Shown in pieces: positions 28,601 to 42,585 of a DNA stretch of 64,000 bases (the first letter of the stretch is position 1; every line of letters begins with the position of its first letter). The notes beneath the pieces are model-generated. The model saw nothing but the letters and a program-made list of their open reading frames with translations. It was not told the DNA's origin and made no database searches. Origin of the DNA: Gonapodya sp. JEL0774 (lineage: Eukaryota). Both the position numbers and the translations under genes were made by a program. The stretch lies in NCBI GenBank assembly GCA_027604505.1, contig JADIIX010000004.1, positions 186,001 to 250,000 on the forward strand, given 5' to 3'.

Positions 28601-31600
28601 CAAGCCACTGCGGCTGCTGTGTCGTCGGCAGCGAGGTCGACCCCTCCACGAACCGCATCTTCAACCGTTTCGGTGGACCCTCGAACAGGAGACGTCGTCA
28701 GGCCTCAGAGGAAACCTGCGTCACTCAACGGCAGCGTTACTGGGATGTCATTTACAGGAGCGCCAGGGACCGGGTCCATGCTTTCCGTACAATCACTTCC
28801 TTACGGAATGTCCGGCACTGTTAACCTCCCCGGTGTCAGTCAGACGCACGTAGCATCGTTTGCTTCCAATCCGGGGTCTTCAAAGACAACTATCGTCGCA
28901 GGACCACCGCAGCAATCCGTGACGAACGTTGCGTCGGGATCAACCTCGCGAATAGGAACTACACCCACCACTACTTCTGTGATGAAGGATCCTCCAAAAC
29001 GAATTGTGTCATCTTACGGCAACTTCACCATCGACGAGCTGTTGGATGAAGGCTGCAAGTATTTGAGCCCCACTCAACTAAACGCCCAAGATGCTCTCTT
29101 ACGATTTCGGACGGCTATCGAAAGGGCCAAAATTGATAGTGATCGATTTCGTGCTGCCAGAGCAACGTCCAATCAAGCCGTCGCGCTCCGAGTTTCTCAA
29201 GCTGGCAAAGGGACACCTTCAACCAGAGAGAATGTCCTGGATATGTTGAGAGACGCTTGGAAACGGTGCAAAGTCATGCTGAAGCGTGTTAAGACATCAA
29301 ATCGTAATTCTTGGACAGATGTGGCTATTGAGTTCATCGACGAAGTGGAGCGACGAATCGACCTGGAGAATGGAGGTCCATCGCGAGACCCATCTGGCCA
29401 AGCTCCCTCCGCATGGGGAAAGGCTCACAGAGTTGGAAACTGGGGGTTTCGAATGGTGGAGGGAAAAACCGGCCTGAAGGCGTTCGATCCCGCCGGTGGT
29501 CCTCCAATGATCGCGCTTCTGTTGGATCTGACGAACAATTTTGGAAACACGTGCTTTTCAGTGGGCAACTTTTGGGAAGCTATAGCCTGGTGGGAAGCTC
29601 AATTGGATTTGACAGAACGGATGCTCCGTCAATTCCCCCTTCCTTCGATCCCGGGAGCAACTTCGCTCAGAAAAGAGAACAGTTTCAAGCTAGGTAGCTC
29701 ATTGAGCACGAGGGGAATGTTCGGAGGAGCACCATCTGATAAAACTTTCAAGTTGTTGTTCATTCACCGAGTTACTATGCGTGCGCGGGTGCGCGCTTGG
29801 ACCCATCTGGGCTTCGGGCTATCAACATTGGGCAAGCACCGTGAAGCCATTTTATGTCATTACCGTGGACTGGAGGCCCTTGAAGCTTGGCAACCGCTGG
29901 CGGAGCTGCACGAACGGGGTTTAAATGGAGCGTCAAGTGGGGCTCATGGAAGAGAGTCACGAACCATGGGGAGAGCCGGGTACGATAGCATGATGGGTCC
30001 TTCACGCCCGTCGACGGCGTCCAACTTTCTCGTCGCCGGTGTGGATCAAGCTACTCCGAATGCGGACGCCAATCTCTCTACGATCGCCAGCCTTCGAGGT
30101 ATTTGCTGCTCACACCTAGCGACTGCGTACGAGGGTCTTGGCATGTACCGTGACGTGCTTAGAGCCCGCCGAACAGCAATTGAAATGTTCAAAGCGTGTG
30201 GGGATAGACTCGCGGAAACTCGAGAGAAGGGCAATTTAGGTGGAGCACTGGTACAGTGGAGCAAGACTGTAGGCGACTTCGTCCTTTCTCCCGAGAAGCG
30301 AGTGCCCATTTCCATAGGAGAGGACGTTCGAGGAGTGCGACAGCCTTTGCCTGGACCTATTTTAGTTTCAACTATTGAGTCTGGAAACGTGCCAGGTTTC
30401 CCTCGGCTCCAGGAGAACGAAATCGCCGCGTCAGATGACGACGGAGAGCCAATTGTAAACCTGCAGAGCTCAATTTCCCGAAAACCGCAGTTTCCGATAG
30501 CACGACTGTCTTTGAAATCGGCCATGAGTGGTGTCTCGTACCTCATGGATCAATGGTATGTCGGATCCCGGATTGGAGATTGGCTGGGTATCGCTGCTGC
30601 AGCAACAAACCTTGGTACGTTCTTCCTGTTGCGTTTCCAAGAGGATTTTGGCTGATGGAGACCTTTTTTTTCAGGTAACGCATTTAGTGTACTCGGCAAT
30701 CCAGCGCCATCGTTGATGTTTTATCTCTGTCTATACGTGCCATCGTATCGAGGACCGTTGCAGATTCAGCCAAGTCCACCGACGACTTCTACTTTGGGTA
30801 AAAACGATGACAGTGTAGTTTCAAGGAAAAACACCCAGCAACTGGACCTTACTGTGATCACAGAAGGAAAACCGTTTTTATGGCGTGACGTTGCGGGCAT
30901 GAATATTGCCATTGCAACATCCTACCTGATCGAAATGCCTACCACTGAAAATTCAGCAGCCTTGCACCCCGAAAATTCATCAACCAACTCTTGGGGGGGT
31001 CTCAAAAGTGTTTTGCACAAAGCCGGTGAAAATTTACGACCCCGAAACCCGGTATCGGTGGAAGCACGAGCAATGTTGGACAGCATTGGAGTGCCTTCAG
31101 ACTCCGTCGCACGGGTTTTAGAGTCCCGTATGTTTCACAACCCTGCGAACGTGATGAACGGACCCCAGAGAAATGAGTCTTCAAATCATGTCTATAGCGC
31201 GATTCGGGAGAAGTCCCTGATCAACGATGAGGTCGTGAAGTTCTTGAAGAAAAGTATGTCAGAGAGCGACACCTCGCTTCGGCGCAAGGATGTCGCTGAG
31301 CTTGCAGAGCGATTGCGCAATCGCTCGCGAGACAATCAAACGGAAACTGGAATTGTGCCCGCTGGTAGTGACGGGTTAATTCCGATCACATTGTTTGAGG
31401 AGTCTTTGAAACGAGACATACGTCTGGAGGAGGACGTCCTTGCCCGGAAACTCCAGCTCACTCGATTACTTCTGACGAGCACAATGTCACTGCTCGATTT
31501 TTCGAATTCAAACGATACCCCCTTATTGGAGGTCGAAACTACGTTCGAGGAATTTCTGACGGAGTTTGTTCCTATCATGGAAGATTTTCTGGCATCCTCA

Positions 31601-32251
31601 CGACCTGGAGAATCACCAGTCCCTTCTACGAGCCTAATCGGACGTTTAGCCGTAGTCGCCAAGAAACTTGTGGAGACACTGGGAAATAATGCACTAACGG
31701 TAGAAGAGGGATTGTTCTCACCTGCGATGCTGATATCGGAAGTGAAAGTGCAGAACCTGGAATCCCTGATGCCATTCTCACCGGTTCTGGTCGCGGCAGT
31801 TTTCGTTACCGCTGGAGCCTTGAGGACGCTTCAATTGTCGAGCTCTCTCGTTTCACCAGACTCCGCGCCGTCGGTGAGTCCGTCGCGGACCACGATTTTC
31901 GATGATGGAAGTCTGCTTTACCGTGCAGCGAGGCTGGTTGCGTTGCGATTCGCTCTGGGATCTTGTCGGAGGTGCTTGGAAGTGTTGTCGAGGAACCGTA
32001 ACCTGATGAAATCGGATGCAGACGCGCGTCCACGGATGGATAGTAGACCTTCAGTATTTGGTGGCGGCGGAACCAAAACTGGAACTCCTTCCGAACAGAC
32101 ACAGAGTAGCGCCGCCACAGCAGGACCCAAAGGCAAACCTAAATCACGACGATCGTATATGCCACTCAACTGGAAGATTGTCGAATACCAGATGTCATCC
32201 TGTCCGCATGTGGAGACTCTGACATCTGAAGCGAAGTTGAGGTTCGCTTGA
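25650..32251 (+). CDS. Large VIT + vWA-like domain protein with C-terminal TPR-like repeats (start approximate)
   Basis: VIT/vWA-like segments (VDIVGQVADAF, LSSPSHQ, FFDRDFVVE, EVVLVADR, LIGFGS, LVRLGGG) followed by TPR-like helices (RAWTHLGFGLSTLGKHREAI, SHLATAYEGLG, KGNLGGAL). Confidence 0.7.
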
Positions 32252-33023
32252 CAGAAACACTATGTGAATAGTACCTTCTACACGCATAATTGCAGTATTT
32301 TACAATTTTTGATGATCTTGTTATATGGAAGTGTATCCCCACAGTATTTGTCAAAAGTGAGAACGTTGTGCGAGAATCAGAGGACATTTCCAGGGACGGT
32401 GAGAGGGTGTGGCACAGCAGAGCTCAAGCTCACAAGCTATAAACGTTGGTTGAGATCGCGCTCTCAACGTGTCAACGAAGCTGGTCCAGTCTGCAGTACA
32501 CAGAAGGTGCGCTGAGCGTCGCTCTCCGTGGATTCCATGTTGAAAACAGGAGTTCGTGATCGGCTGGGAGCGGTCTAAACCGACACATAGAATTCTAAGA
32601 GCCCTGAAGGTTTTTTACTTGAGGTGCCCTTGAACAGGAAGAATGGCATATACTTTCCAATAACCAGGCATTGCGCGTGTATTATGGGCGCTTCTGGGGA
32701 ACTACGCACTTGTTGCTGTTATCCACCAGCGTCATCGAATTCACTGCATTTTCGGGAAGGCTCAAAGTGATTTTGTGTCTCCCGTTCCCCTTGGTTATTG
32801 GGAAACCTTGCGAGGTCCATCCCTTTGCAGTTCTATTATGTTTACGTAGGGTTGTGAGACCTTTCTACTCGCAGTGCGCTCTGCAGCTGCCGCATTTACT
32901 CCGCCATCAACAAATTTGCTTGGTTTAGGCCTTCTCGTGCTGGGCGTCTTGCAAAACTCAATCTGCGAGCGTTTCTCGAATTAGTTCAGTCACGTGTTCT
33001 GGATACAGTAACTCGCCAAAACA

Positions 33024-34406
33024 ATGTCCCAAAAGTGAGGATTATATGAGAGCAGTTATATTTCATCCACTTGCTAAAGCTTTGAATACTACAGATACGA
33101 CCAATTGCTTAACTATGTTCGGCTATCCAGCATGTATCCTCCAGCGGCCGACGCACCTCTCGACCAATATACCTCTGATGGTGCTGCACTGTTGCGTTCG
33201 GCAAAGCGGAATTCTCATATCAATGAAAACTGGGAGCCAACAGGACCCGATCCATTGAGAAGCCAACCTGCGGAACTGGTGAGTGCAACCGTCTTGCTCT
33301 GATGAGGTGTTGATCTCATCAAAACGTGTAAATCCTGATGCAGACATACAGAATTTTAGCCCATCTGCCAGCCACAGATCTCGTGCGACTGGGTATGTGC
33401 GCGAAGTACTTGAATGTAATGGCAAATGACGAAGGTGGGTTTCGATCGGTCCCCAAGTGCTTCATTTTCTAGGCTCACATGTTCAAGCGGAAAGGTTTCT
33501 GGAAAAATCATTGTCGAATCAAGTATCAGAGCCTCAAGCACCACCCATTTTCACTACACCCCGCAGGTGTTTACTCTTCTCCAAATCTTCTGTCCCGACT
33601 CACCCCGGCAGATTGCAAAGACATACTCTCTCGGCGTGGCATCCCAGAGCATCGCTGGGTGCATCTATGCTACCAGCACCGGTCTGCATATGATGAGAAT
33701 GTCGACAGAGGGCACGAGGAGGAACTTGCCGCGCTCAGAAAGCTGGTCAAAGAAACCGAAGGTGATCCATGGCCTACTCCACATATGATGGAGGGAATCG
33801 AATTTGGCTCAAAGTGGTAAGTACTGCCTTTTAAAAGGGTCGCCGAAATGGAAACCGTAACACCCCGAAACAGGAAATCTTCGTACGTTGCAACAGTACT
33901 CGATCTCCGTCGGACAAGAATTACAGAGATTGAATTGACTTCTCATCTCTGGTGGTACACTGCCCATGGTTATGTATGTTTGATGTGATACAAGTGTTCC
34001 CGATATCGTGTGATGATCAGCTACAACATTGTACAGAACCAGTCTATCACCAATCGAGATACAGCGCGAATTCGCTTTGACCCAAAAGGATACCGAGTGG
34101 GGACCGAAGGTTGGCCAAATAGGCAACAATGGAGAATCGATCGAAATGGATGCTTGCAGGTATGTGACGGTGTGCTCAAATATTCAGCGTCGAAATCTCT
34201 TGAGTGGTGTTCTGATAGGGGTATCTGCTCTTCAGGTTGGTAGATTTCCTACTCACTCCGTTGAGCGTGATGAAGAGACCGGTGGTTGGAATTTCCAAAA
34301 CGGATGGGTGTCGTGCCGTAGCATCTGTTCAATATGGGAGGCGGAAGGTAAAAAAGATGATGTCACGCCACGGATAAGATCACAAAGCTTCTGGGATATG
34401 GAGTGA
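33024..34406 (+). CDS. Hypothetical protein, possibly of an F-box-associated family
   Basis: Coherent spliced model ...FWKNHC...KWKSSY..LDLRRTRITEIEL..LW...LQVGRFPTHSVERD..GGWNFQNGW; family assignment is tentative. Confidence 0.6.
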
Positions 34407-34496
34407 GAAGCGTTTGGCGAGCGCACATAGGAGGAACAAATCTTTACCCTTGCATGTAACTTTTCAGTGGTATTTGGGAAATTACAGTGCGTTAAC

Positions 34497-36535
34497 TCAA
34501 ACTTCTTGGGGCTCTGCATCTTCGGTTGTGTCAGACCCAACCTCTCGGTAGTCACGTTCAAGTGCAGCCAAGTCCTCGCGAGCTTCCGTAAATTCGCCTT
34601 CCTCCATACCCTCGCCGACAAACCAATGAACAAATGCGCGCTGATGGGTTGGCGTTACGGAACGGAATTAATTCCAGCGAGATTCTGAAGCAAACACTGT
34701 CCTCGAACATACTTTTGAGTACATGAGATCAAACTTATGATCCAGTCGAGCCCAAGCTTCTCCGATCTGCAAATATATTTCATCGAATGAATCAGTTGTT
34801 GATCGCCAACTTTATGATTTTTCAACTCACCGCCGTGGTGTTACTCAACATGCAGCAAGCCCTTGATACTTTTGCAAGATCACCGTCTGGCACAACCGTG
34901 GGAGCATGTGAATTGATGCCCACTTTGAAACCCGTGGGGCACCAATCGACGAAGCGAACTGAAGGGCGAGATTTTAAACCCGCAATGGCAGTGTTGACAT
35001 CCTTGGGAACGACATCTCCACGGTACAGAAGGCAAGTAGCCATGTACTTTCCATTGCTAGCGAGACGGTCAGGTTAAAATCCAAAGGTATCCGATCACCT
35101 CAAACAGATTTTGACACAAACCGAGGCTCGCACTTTACAAGTTGAGCTTGGGGTTCAAAGCACGCGTTCGTGATCTCCGAGACGGTAAATTGCTCGTGGC
35201 CTGCCTTTTCAACTCCGATAATTGGTGCGTAGCTGGCCAGTGGGAAGTGGATACGTGGGTACGGGACCAGGTTCGTCTGGAATTCGCTACCATTTTGGAA
35301 ATCAGTTGTCAATCCCTACATTTATCACTTGTCTTCATTGGATCATATCGAACTTACTTCAGATCGACGTTCTTGGTGGGTGATTTGAAGGGTTTCAAAG
35401 CGATGATTAAATGTTGGCAGGTTTCACCAGTGCAACCATAACGTACCAAGCTGCCCTCGAAGCGAAGACTCGCTGTGATGCTGCTTACAACTTGGGCAAT
35501 GATGCGATTGAGGTTTGAGTATGTTGGCCGCTCCACATCGAGGTTGCGCTTGCAGATTGAGTAGATAGCTTCATTGTCGACGATGAACGAGCAGTCCGAG
35601 TGTTCAAGTGTGGTATGTGTGGTAAGAATAGAATTGTATGGCTCCACCACGGCTGGCGCAACGACGTATTTTAATTGCATAGGCTACAACAAGCGGATTG
35701 AGTTGCGAACTCACCAGTGGAGACCATAGGAGCTGGGTATACAGAGAACTCAAGCTTACTTTTCCTGCCGTAATCTTGTGACAGCCTTTCCATGAGCAAG
35801 GCTGTGAAGCCGGATCCAGTGCCTCCACCGAAGGAATGGAACAGGAGAAAACCTGGTCGACGGACTACTGAGTCAGACCAATTTATCAGTCGACCACCAG
35901 ACCCACTACAGACCTTGGAGACCTTTTGTATTTTCAGCCATCTTGCGAATCCGGTCCATGGTGGTATCAATAAGTTCTTTCCCTACTGTGTAGTGTCCAC
36001 GGGCATAGTTGTTCGCGGCATCCTCTTTACCAGAGACCAACTATCGCGAGAAATGGATGGAGCATTAACGACTTACAATCAATTAAAAGCTCTTCTGTTG
36101 CTCACTTGTTCGGGGTGGTACAAGTTTCTGTATTTTCCGGTTCGCACTTCGTCCACAACTGTTGGCTCCAGATCAACAAAGAGGGTTCGAGGCACAAACT
36201 GGGACGAGGCAGTCTCGGCAAAAAACGACACATGCGATCCGGTGGTGCTCTTTGAAGCAGCGGGATTAAGCTCGGGATTGCGGGTGCCGTCAGGTCTAAT
36301 GTTGTGCTCTGGCCGTGAGAGAGGTTGGGAGAATACTCCTAAAGATGCATGGACTGTTGAATAATCGTATGCTATATTCACTTACCAAGACAATAAAGCT
36401 CCCAGCATGCGTTGCCGATCTGGACTCCAGCCTGTTTTATTGGAATGCCAAATGTCAGAAGCCTCATCTTTCCCCGATTGACAGCGTTCGATCGGCGCTC
36501 ACCTGTCCAACGTGAACGCTGATAACTTCTCTCAT
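34497..36535 (-). CDS. TUBA: Alpha-tubulin, divergent paralog
   Basis: [79 protein letters not shown]. Confidence 0.97.
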
Positions 36536-36724
36536 TGTAAGTTAATAGATATGTTTTGAAGTGATGATTGCGGACGGTAATTAATGACAGAGGTAGGAGT
36601 TTGATCTATAAAAGGTGGCTGATGGGTCGCCTTCGCAGCTCAGCCACATTACATTCGCGCTTCGCACATCAATAAAATGAAGATACCCTTTGGATTTCAG
36701 AAAACTGAGCCACTTTCAAGAAGC

Positions 36725-38355
36725 TTATTGATCTTCGAAAGTTGCAGGTCCCATCTGTTCGGTTCCAATTAACTACAAATATTAAGTCCAACATCGTACA
36801 CACTTCCTTTTCCTTCTTCTAGAACTACCATGCCCTGACTAGCGAGATACCCACCGTCGACATTAAGGCACTGCCCAGTCTAGATTCGCGAAGAAACAAT
36901 CAAAGAGTCAAAAAGTTTATGCGCACTACGGGGATGTGTTACAGAGAATACAAACCACAAAGGTGCCCCCTGGTCCGCAAAGAAACAGAACTGCAGCAGC
37001 GATATCCTCTGGCTTCGCTTGCACGACTCGAATTTATTAAACTTGGAGCGATGAAGTAACACGGCAAGTGCTTACCTTGCCGAACCTAATTTGCACAAAG
37101 GACATCAACAAAACGATCTACCTGCATATACTGCGCCTAACTTCACCTCTTCAGTGGCTGTGTTTCGGTTGCTGTGGATGAAGCAGGGACAACGAACTCT
37201 GCCGTCCTGGTTCACCGACGAGTACGAATGAAACATTCAATACATTTATGGTGATGCCCGTCTTCATCAGTTTCATTTGAAGATTATTCACTCACATCTG
37301 ACTTAGAAAAACACCAGGGCCAATTGCATTAACCAAGATACCTCTTCGCGCTAAGCGAGCAGCCAAGTTTTTGGTGAGTTGAATAAGTCCAGACTTGGCT
37401 GCCACGTAGGCATACTAGAAGTTATTCCGAAATCCGGTTGAAACAAAGTAAGAACACTGATTGCGACCACGGATGTTGCTAGAACTTACATTCTCGTATC
37501 TCAAAACATCAAACATTCGAGAATCAGAAGAATGAGAATCAAAGAGTCATAAGCGGAGGTGCCACACAAACTCTGTCGGTGTCCTTTGACCATCCATGCT
37601 CGAAATCATTATAACTCTCGAAGGATCTGTGGGAGCTGACTGATGCATAAGCAGAGGGAGAAACTTCTGAGTAACCGTGAAGCATCTGGATACGCGATAC
37701 ACAGAAACGAGACTTGTGTTTTAAGATGAGGCAAGAGATCTGTGACATCACACACCTTCACGCACCTGGTCAGATTGAGGTGAACGATTTCCTGAAACGC
37801 TCTGTCAGGGAAGTTATCGATAGTTCCCTTATCATAGTCGACACCAGCGTTGTTACTTTGTAAAAGACAATGCATTCATGTGGTGAGCTCGCCTTCAGTT
37901 TCGCCGGAAAATGCTTGACACTGCAACCAAAACTCACACAAGAATGTCGACTTTTGCCGTCAGTTTCATAGCTGCAGATACTAAATTATCTACCCCCTCG
38001 AGTGGATTCAGATCCGAGACTACTGCAAATGCCTTCCCTGGTCCTCTAGCATTTAGACTGTCCACAGCTTTCTGAAGCTCCGTCGGATCCCGAGCGGACA
38101 TTATGACATTCGCTCCGTTTGATACAAGGACTGCGGAAACGACAAATCCGAGACCAACTCGCGCCCCTGTATGCAAGGCAGCTTGCAGAAACTAATGAAT
38201 GGATTAATCGTATAGCACTGACCTGTCACCACAGCCCACTTGTTCTTTACAGCGAAGAGAGATTCTGATGTCAGCTTTGCTGCATCAAGAGCCTTCAGTG
38301 TGGGAGCGTTTAGATATTCCGCGGAGAAGGAGCCGGACACGTATTGCATTGACAT
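36725..38355 (-). CDS. Short-chain dehydrogenase/reductase
   Basis: AVVTGGARVGLG, VDILV/NNAG, catalytic YVAAK, VNAIGPG, TGQCLNVDGG across exons. Confidence 0.9.
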
Positions 38356-38617
38356 GTATCTTCGTCGTGGAAGTTATGTGATGACATGCACCCATCACCG
38401 CATAATTTGTGTACATACCACAACAAAACGTTTTTGGCTTTACGTAAACATTTAGGTACAACTTTAAAGAGTTCACGTATTGTAGTAACTTATCTGCCGT
38501 CGACGAAACAAGTTCCTTTCCAAGACTTCCGCACCTCTTTAGACTAGAATTAGAACATGACTTCTGAGCAAAAAAGAAAACACCACTTACCACAAGAAAT
38601 TCGAGAATCAAATACCA

Positions 38618-40650
38618 TCAAAAGGAAGTGTCCATTTTTTGCTCTTTCTCATCAACAGTTGCCGCCGACACGAGCCTGCCCTCCGCAATCGCCTGCTGGA
38701 ACATACCCTTTTTTGCGGCAGTGGTCTCTTTCGCGGCGCGAATGCTGGCGTCGTCGTCCAGGTCACGGGTTACTGCAGCCACCTCCGAATTGCCTGCGGC
38801 GATATTGCTGAAATGTTCCAACTTGGCGCCAGTTGTCTCTCTGGCAGCGAGAATGCTTTCATCCTCGTTAAGGTCGCGAGCAACCATACTGACATCCCCC
38901 TCGCCAATGGCAATCTTGTTGAAATGCTCCTTTTTCGCTCCTGTCGTCTCTCTCGCTGCCAGAATGCTCTCATCCTCGTTGAGGTCACGTATTATAACGG
39001 TAGGCTCAGTTTTGCCAGTGGCCAGATCGCTGAACAGGGCTTTCTTGGAGCCCGTAGTTTCCCGGGCTGCGCGAATGCTTTCGTCGTCGTTCAGGTCGCG
39101 AGCAACAACAACGGTCTCCCCCTTGCCGATGGCGATGTTACTGAAGTGCTCTTTGCGCGCACCAGTAGTTTCACGTGCGGCGATGATGCTCTCATCTTCG
39201 TTGAGGTCTCTTGTTGCCTGCAGAGTCTCTACCTTACCCGTCGCAAGGTCACTGAATAAAGCCTTCTTGGATCCAGTAGTCTCCCTTGCGGCGCGAATAC
39301 TCTCATCTTCGTCCAGGTCACGGGTCACAACCACAGAATCACCCTTGCCAGTGGAGATGTTGCTAAAAAGTTCTTTTTTTGCTCCAGTTGTCTCCCTGGC
39401 GGCGATGATGCTATCGTCATTGCTTAAATCGCGTGTGACAGCGGCAGACTCTCCTTTCCCTGTTGCAATGTTGGTAAAGTGTTCTTTCTTTGCTCCTGTG
39501 GTCTCCTTGGCCGCACGAATACTCTCATCCTCGTTGAGATTGCGCGACACCGTAACTGCCTCCACTTTCCCGGTCGCGATGTCAGTGAAAATCGCTTTCT
39601 TAGAGCCTGTCGTCTCCCTTGCTGCGCGGATTGAAGCGTCATCATCAAGAACTCGCGCAACTGGGGCAGTCTCAACTTTGCCTGTGGTGATGTCACTGAA
39701 AAGCTGCTTTTTTGCGCCTGTAGTTTCCTTTGCGGCTCGGATAGATGGATCTTCATCGCGAGCTCGGGAGACGGAAGTGGCCTCAACTTTACCGGAGCTG
39801 AACATTTCACGTTTAGACCCCGTTGTTTCGCGTGCTGCCAGTATGCTGGCATCTTGATCAAGGCGGCTAGACGGTTTTGAGTACGACGGAGATGAACGGC
39901 CAGATGCAAGACCGGCAAACATCTCCTTTTTGGAACCCGTGGACTGTTTCGCGGCAATGATGGAGGCGTCCTGGGCGAGTTTGCCATCGGTGCGAGGTTT
40001 TAGATGTGCAGAAGTAGTCGACGCCGCGGCAAGATTCTGGAAAAAAGCCTTCTTAGAAGCAGTGGTATTGAGGGCTTGAGTGGATTGAACGGCAGTGAAT
40101 GAGAAAATTGAGAATTCTTCCCTCATAAGGAAACAAACAGAAGGAACTCAAGAAGTGGTCACCAACCAGCTAGGATAGAATCATCCATTGGAAATCCGTC
40201 TACCAGTGGTCCAGAAGTGTCCTCGCTCCTCGAATCTGACCTCTCCATCGCACGAAACTTGTCCCGTTTCCCTGCTGTCGTCTGCACGGCGGCAATAATC
40301 GAACTATCCGCTGCGAGTTTCCCTGCCGGGGTGCTAGATCCGCTCGGAGTGGTGCGGCCAGTTCTGTTGCTCGATGCTGTTTTGCCGGTTGGAACGGTGG
40401 CCGTTGTGGCGACCGTGGGAGTCATCGGCTCCAGGATAGGCGCCGACTCAACAGAGACAGGATTGGGTTCAGCAGCTGGAGCAGGGGCATCGATGACGGC
40501 AGCGTTGATGGTCGGTTCTGTTGGCTCACCATCCGCAGAGGTAGTGCCCAGTGGTTCCTCGAGTTTCGTGTGAGGTTGGCCAGTCGCCACTGATTCCATT
40601 ACGACGGGATCATCCACTGGTCGAAGGATGTATTCGCTTCCGGTCGCCAT
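38618..40650 (-). CDS. Tandem-repeat protein with ~14 copies of a ~37-aa motif
   Basis: Two exons; repeated RDLxEDESIxAARETTG(S/A)KKxxFSxIATGK. Confidence 0.85.
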
Positions 40651-40757
40651 GACTTCACCAGAAAGAAGTGTGGTGTTGTTTGGGAACATGGAGCACCGCC
40701 GAAGTTTTTATTGAACAACACATCGAAAAATGCACAGCTTCTTCATTGGCCCAACGC

Positions 40758-41898
40758 TCATCTGCGCCCACCTCGTCTCCCTCCACCATTTTGTTGTGCT
40801 CGCCCTCCGGTGGGACCTCTCGAGAAAGCAAAATCACACTGCACCACCTGACCGAGGAACTCCTTGCCATTCTCACTGTCGATTGCAGTCTTCGCCTCTT
40901 TATAAGTATCGTACTCAACAAGAGCGTATCCCTAAAAGAGAGGTTCCAGAGACAAATAGGCAACACACCCAAAGTTGAAGAATACATAATGCGGCGCATA
41001 ATGACCAGAAAGACAATGAGAATTAGTGAATTTTGTATGGTTGCAATGACGCGTTTTAACATTGGGAGGCACGTTTGCAATGAAGTAAATTGAGTGAGTG
41101 CAACATGGGTGACGCAACTGACCGTCGCGAACGACAATCACCTTCACGAACCCGGTCCGCCTATCAAGATTCAAATGCATGCCTTTGACATGACCGTACT
41201 CATTGAATCGCTCCATTACATCTTCTTCGGTTGCCTCTTCGTGAACGCCAGTGATTATGACAATCCAACCCTCCACGGCTACAAGGCAGACGGTGTTGAC
41301 GTGAGGAGGAAGTCGATCGTTGATCAGTCCAGATATGGAGTGTGGTCCAACGCGAGGGTGCAGTTTGATCAGGAATAACATCCCAATAAGAACATGAAAT
41401 AGGCGAGCACCGACAGAGTTACAGATAAGAGTAGGAGGAGGACATTATAAGTACACATTGATAGGCGATGGGGATGAGGAATCAAAGGGATTTGATGAAA
41501 GAGCACCCATCCCATTTTTGATTTGCAGACCAACCGTGGCAGTACTACAATGAGAATTAATCAAGAAAGGGACATTCTGATTAAAAACTTACATCGCTGG
41601 GCGCTTCCAGAGCCTTCTTCGTCCACAGAATCGAAGCCTTCTTTCTTCAGCTCTTGCTCCCGCCCACCATCCTGTTGGAAACCTCTTCCCTTGCGCCTCG
41701 CAGCTCCCGCCCCCGGACCGGGTTGCGCTGTTGAGTTTTTCAATGTTGAGATAAGGAAGGTTGGTGCCAGCAAGATTGGGGAACAATTCCCAGAAGGAAG
41801 TGATGGACAAGAACAAGCCAACAGTGAGGCACGAACAAGAATCGTAATGCAGATAAGCATGTGTAAGAACCGTCGATATCCATTGCAGCGTCTCCCAT
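40758..41898 (-). CDS. RBM8A: RNA-binding protein 8A / Y14 (exon junction complex)
   Basis: [50 protein letters not shown] and an RGG tail. Confidence 0.95.
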
Positions 41899-42348
41899 AA
41901 GCGCGGCGGTGAAATGGCTACAGAATTTGGTCAAGTTCTCGGCCACTACACACCTGGAGAAAACTACATACATACCTCCGCCTTGAAGAACAGCCTAACC
42001 GGTGAGTTCTTCACGCAAAGTTACTTCTGGTGAGATTATGGGGAGAGACGAATCAGCATCTTAATTCTGCTTGAGGCGGCATCACCATGAACATCTGCGA
42101 AGGCTGCAGAACCACTCTAACGAAAGTTGCCAGACATGTATGATACAGATAGGTCTTCAATTGCGGATGAACGCAAGGAGGACCTTCGCTTTGAATTACA
42201 TAATGAGGAAAGTGTCATGCTTCATAGCTTAGACTGTGTGCTGCTGAGTCAATCGCCAATATTGAAGACAGGAATACTAGGAGAAAAAAAAACTTGTCGC
42301 TAGTAACCTATAAGCAACTTTGAGACGGGTATGCTGTCCCGTTAACTG

Positions 42349-42585
42349 AACAACAGCAGGTCCCGGTCCTCTGTTGAGCAGCAAGGGCTTCCAGAAATGA
42401 AGTGTCCATGATATAGTGTCCATGAAAGTGTCCATGTTTTTGTCCATGAGAAACGAAAAACAGCGAAAGAGGGGGAACCTCTCTCGGCGCAATTCAGTGA
42501 CAGCTGGCACGTACCTGTGGAGTGTCCCGGATCCATGCGGCAGGGCATATCCGAGTGGGTTGTTGTAGCCGTGGTCAGCCAAATT
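42349..42585 (-). repeat. Dispersed repeat, copy 2
   Basis: Reverse-complement homology to 708-921; contains tandem tgtccatg units. Confidence 0.75.

Noticed and set aside
38628..39857. 409-aa plus-strand ORF
   Set aside because: It is the antisense shadow of the repeat protein.
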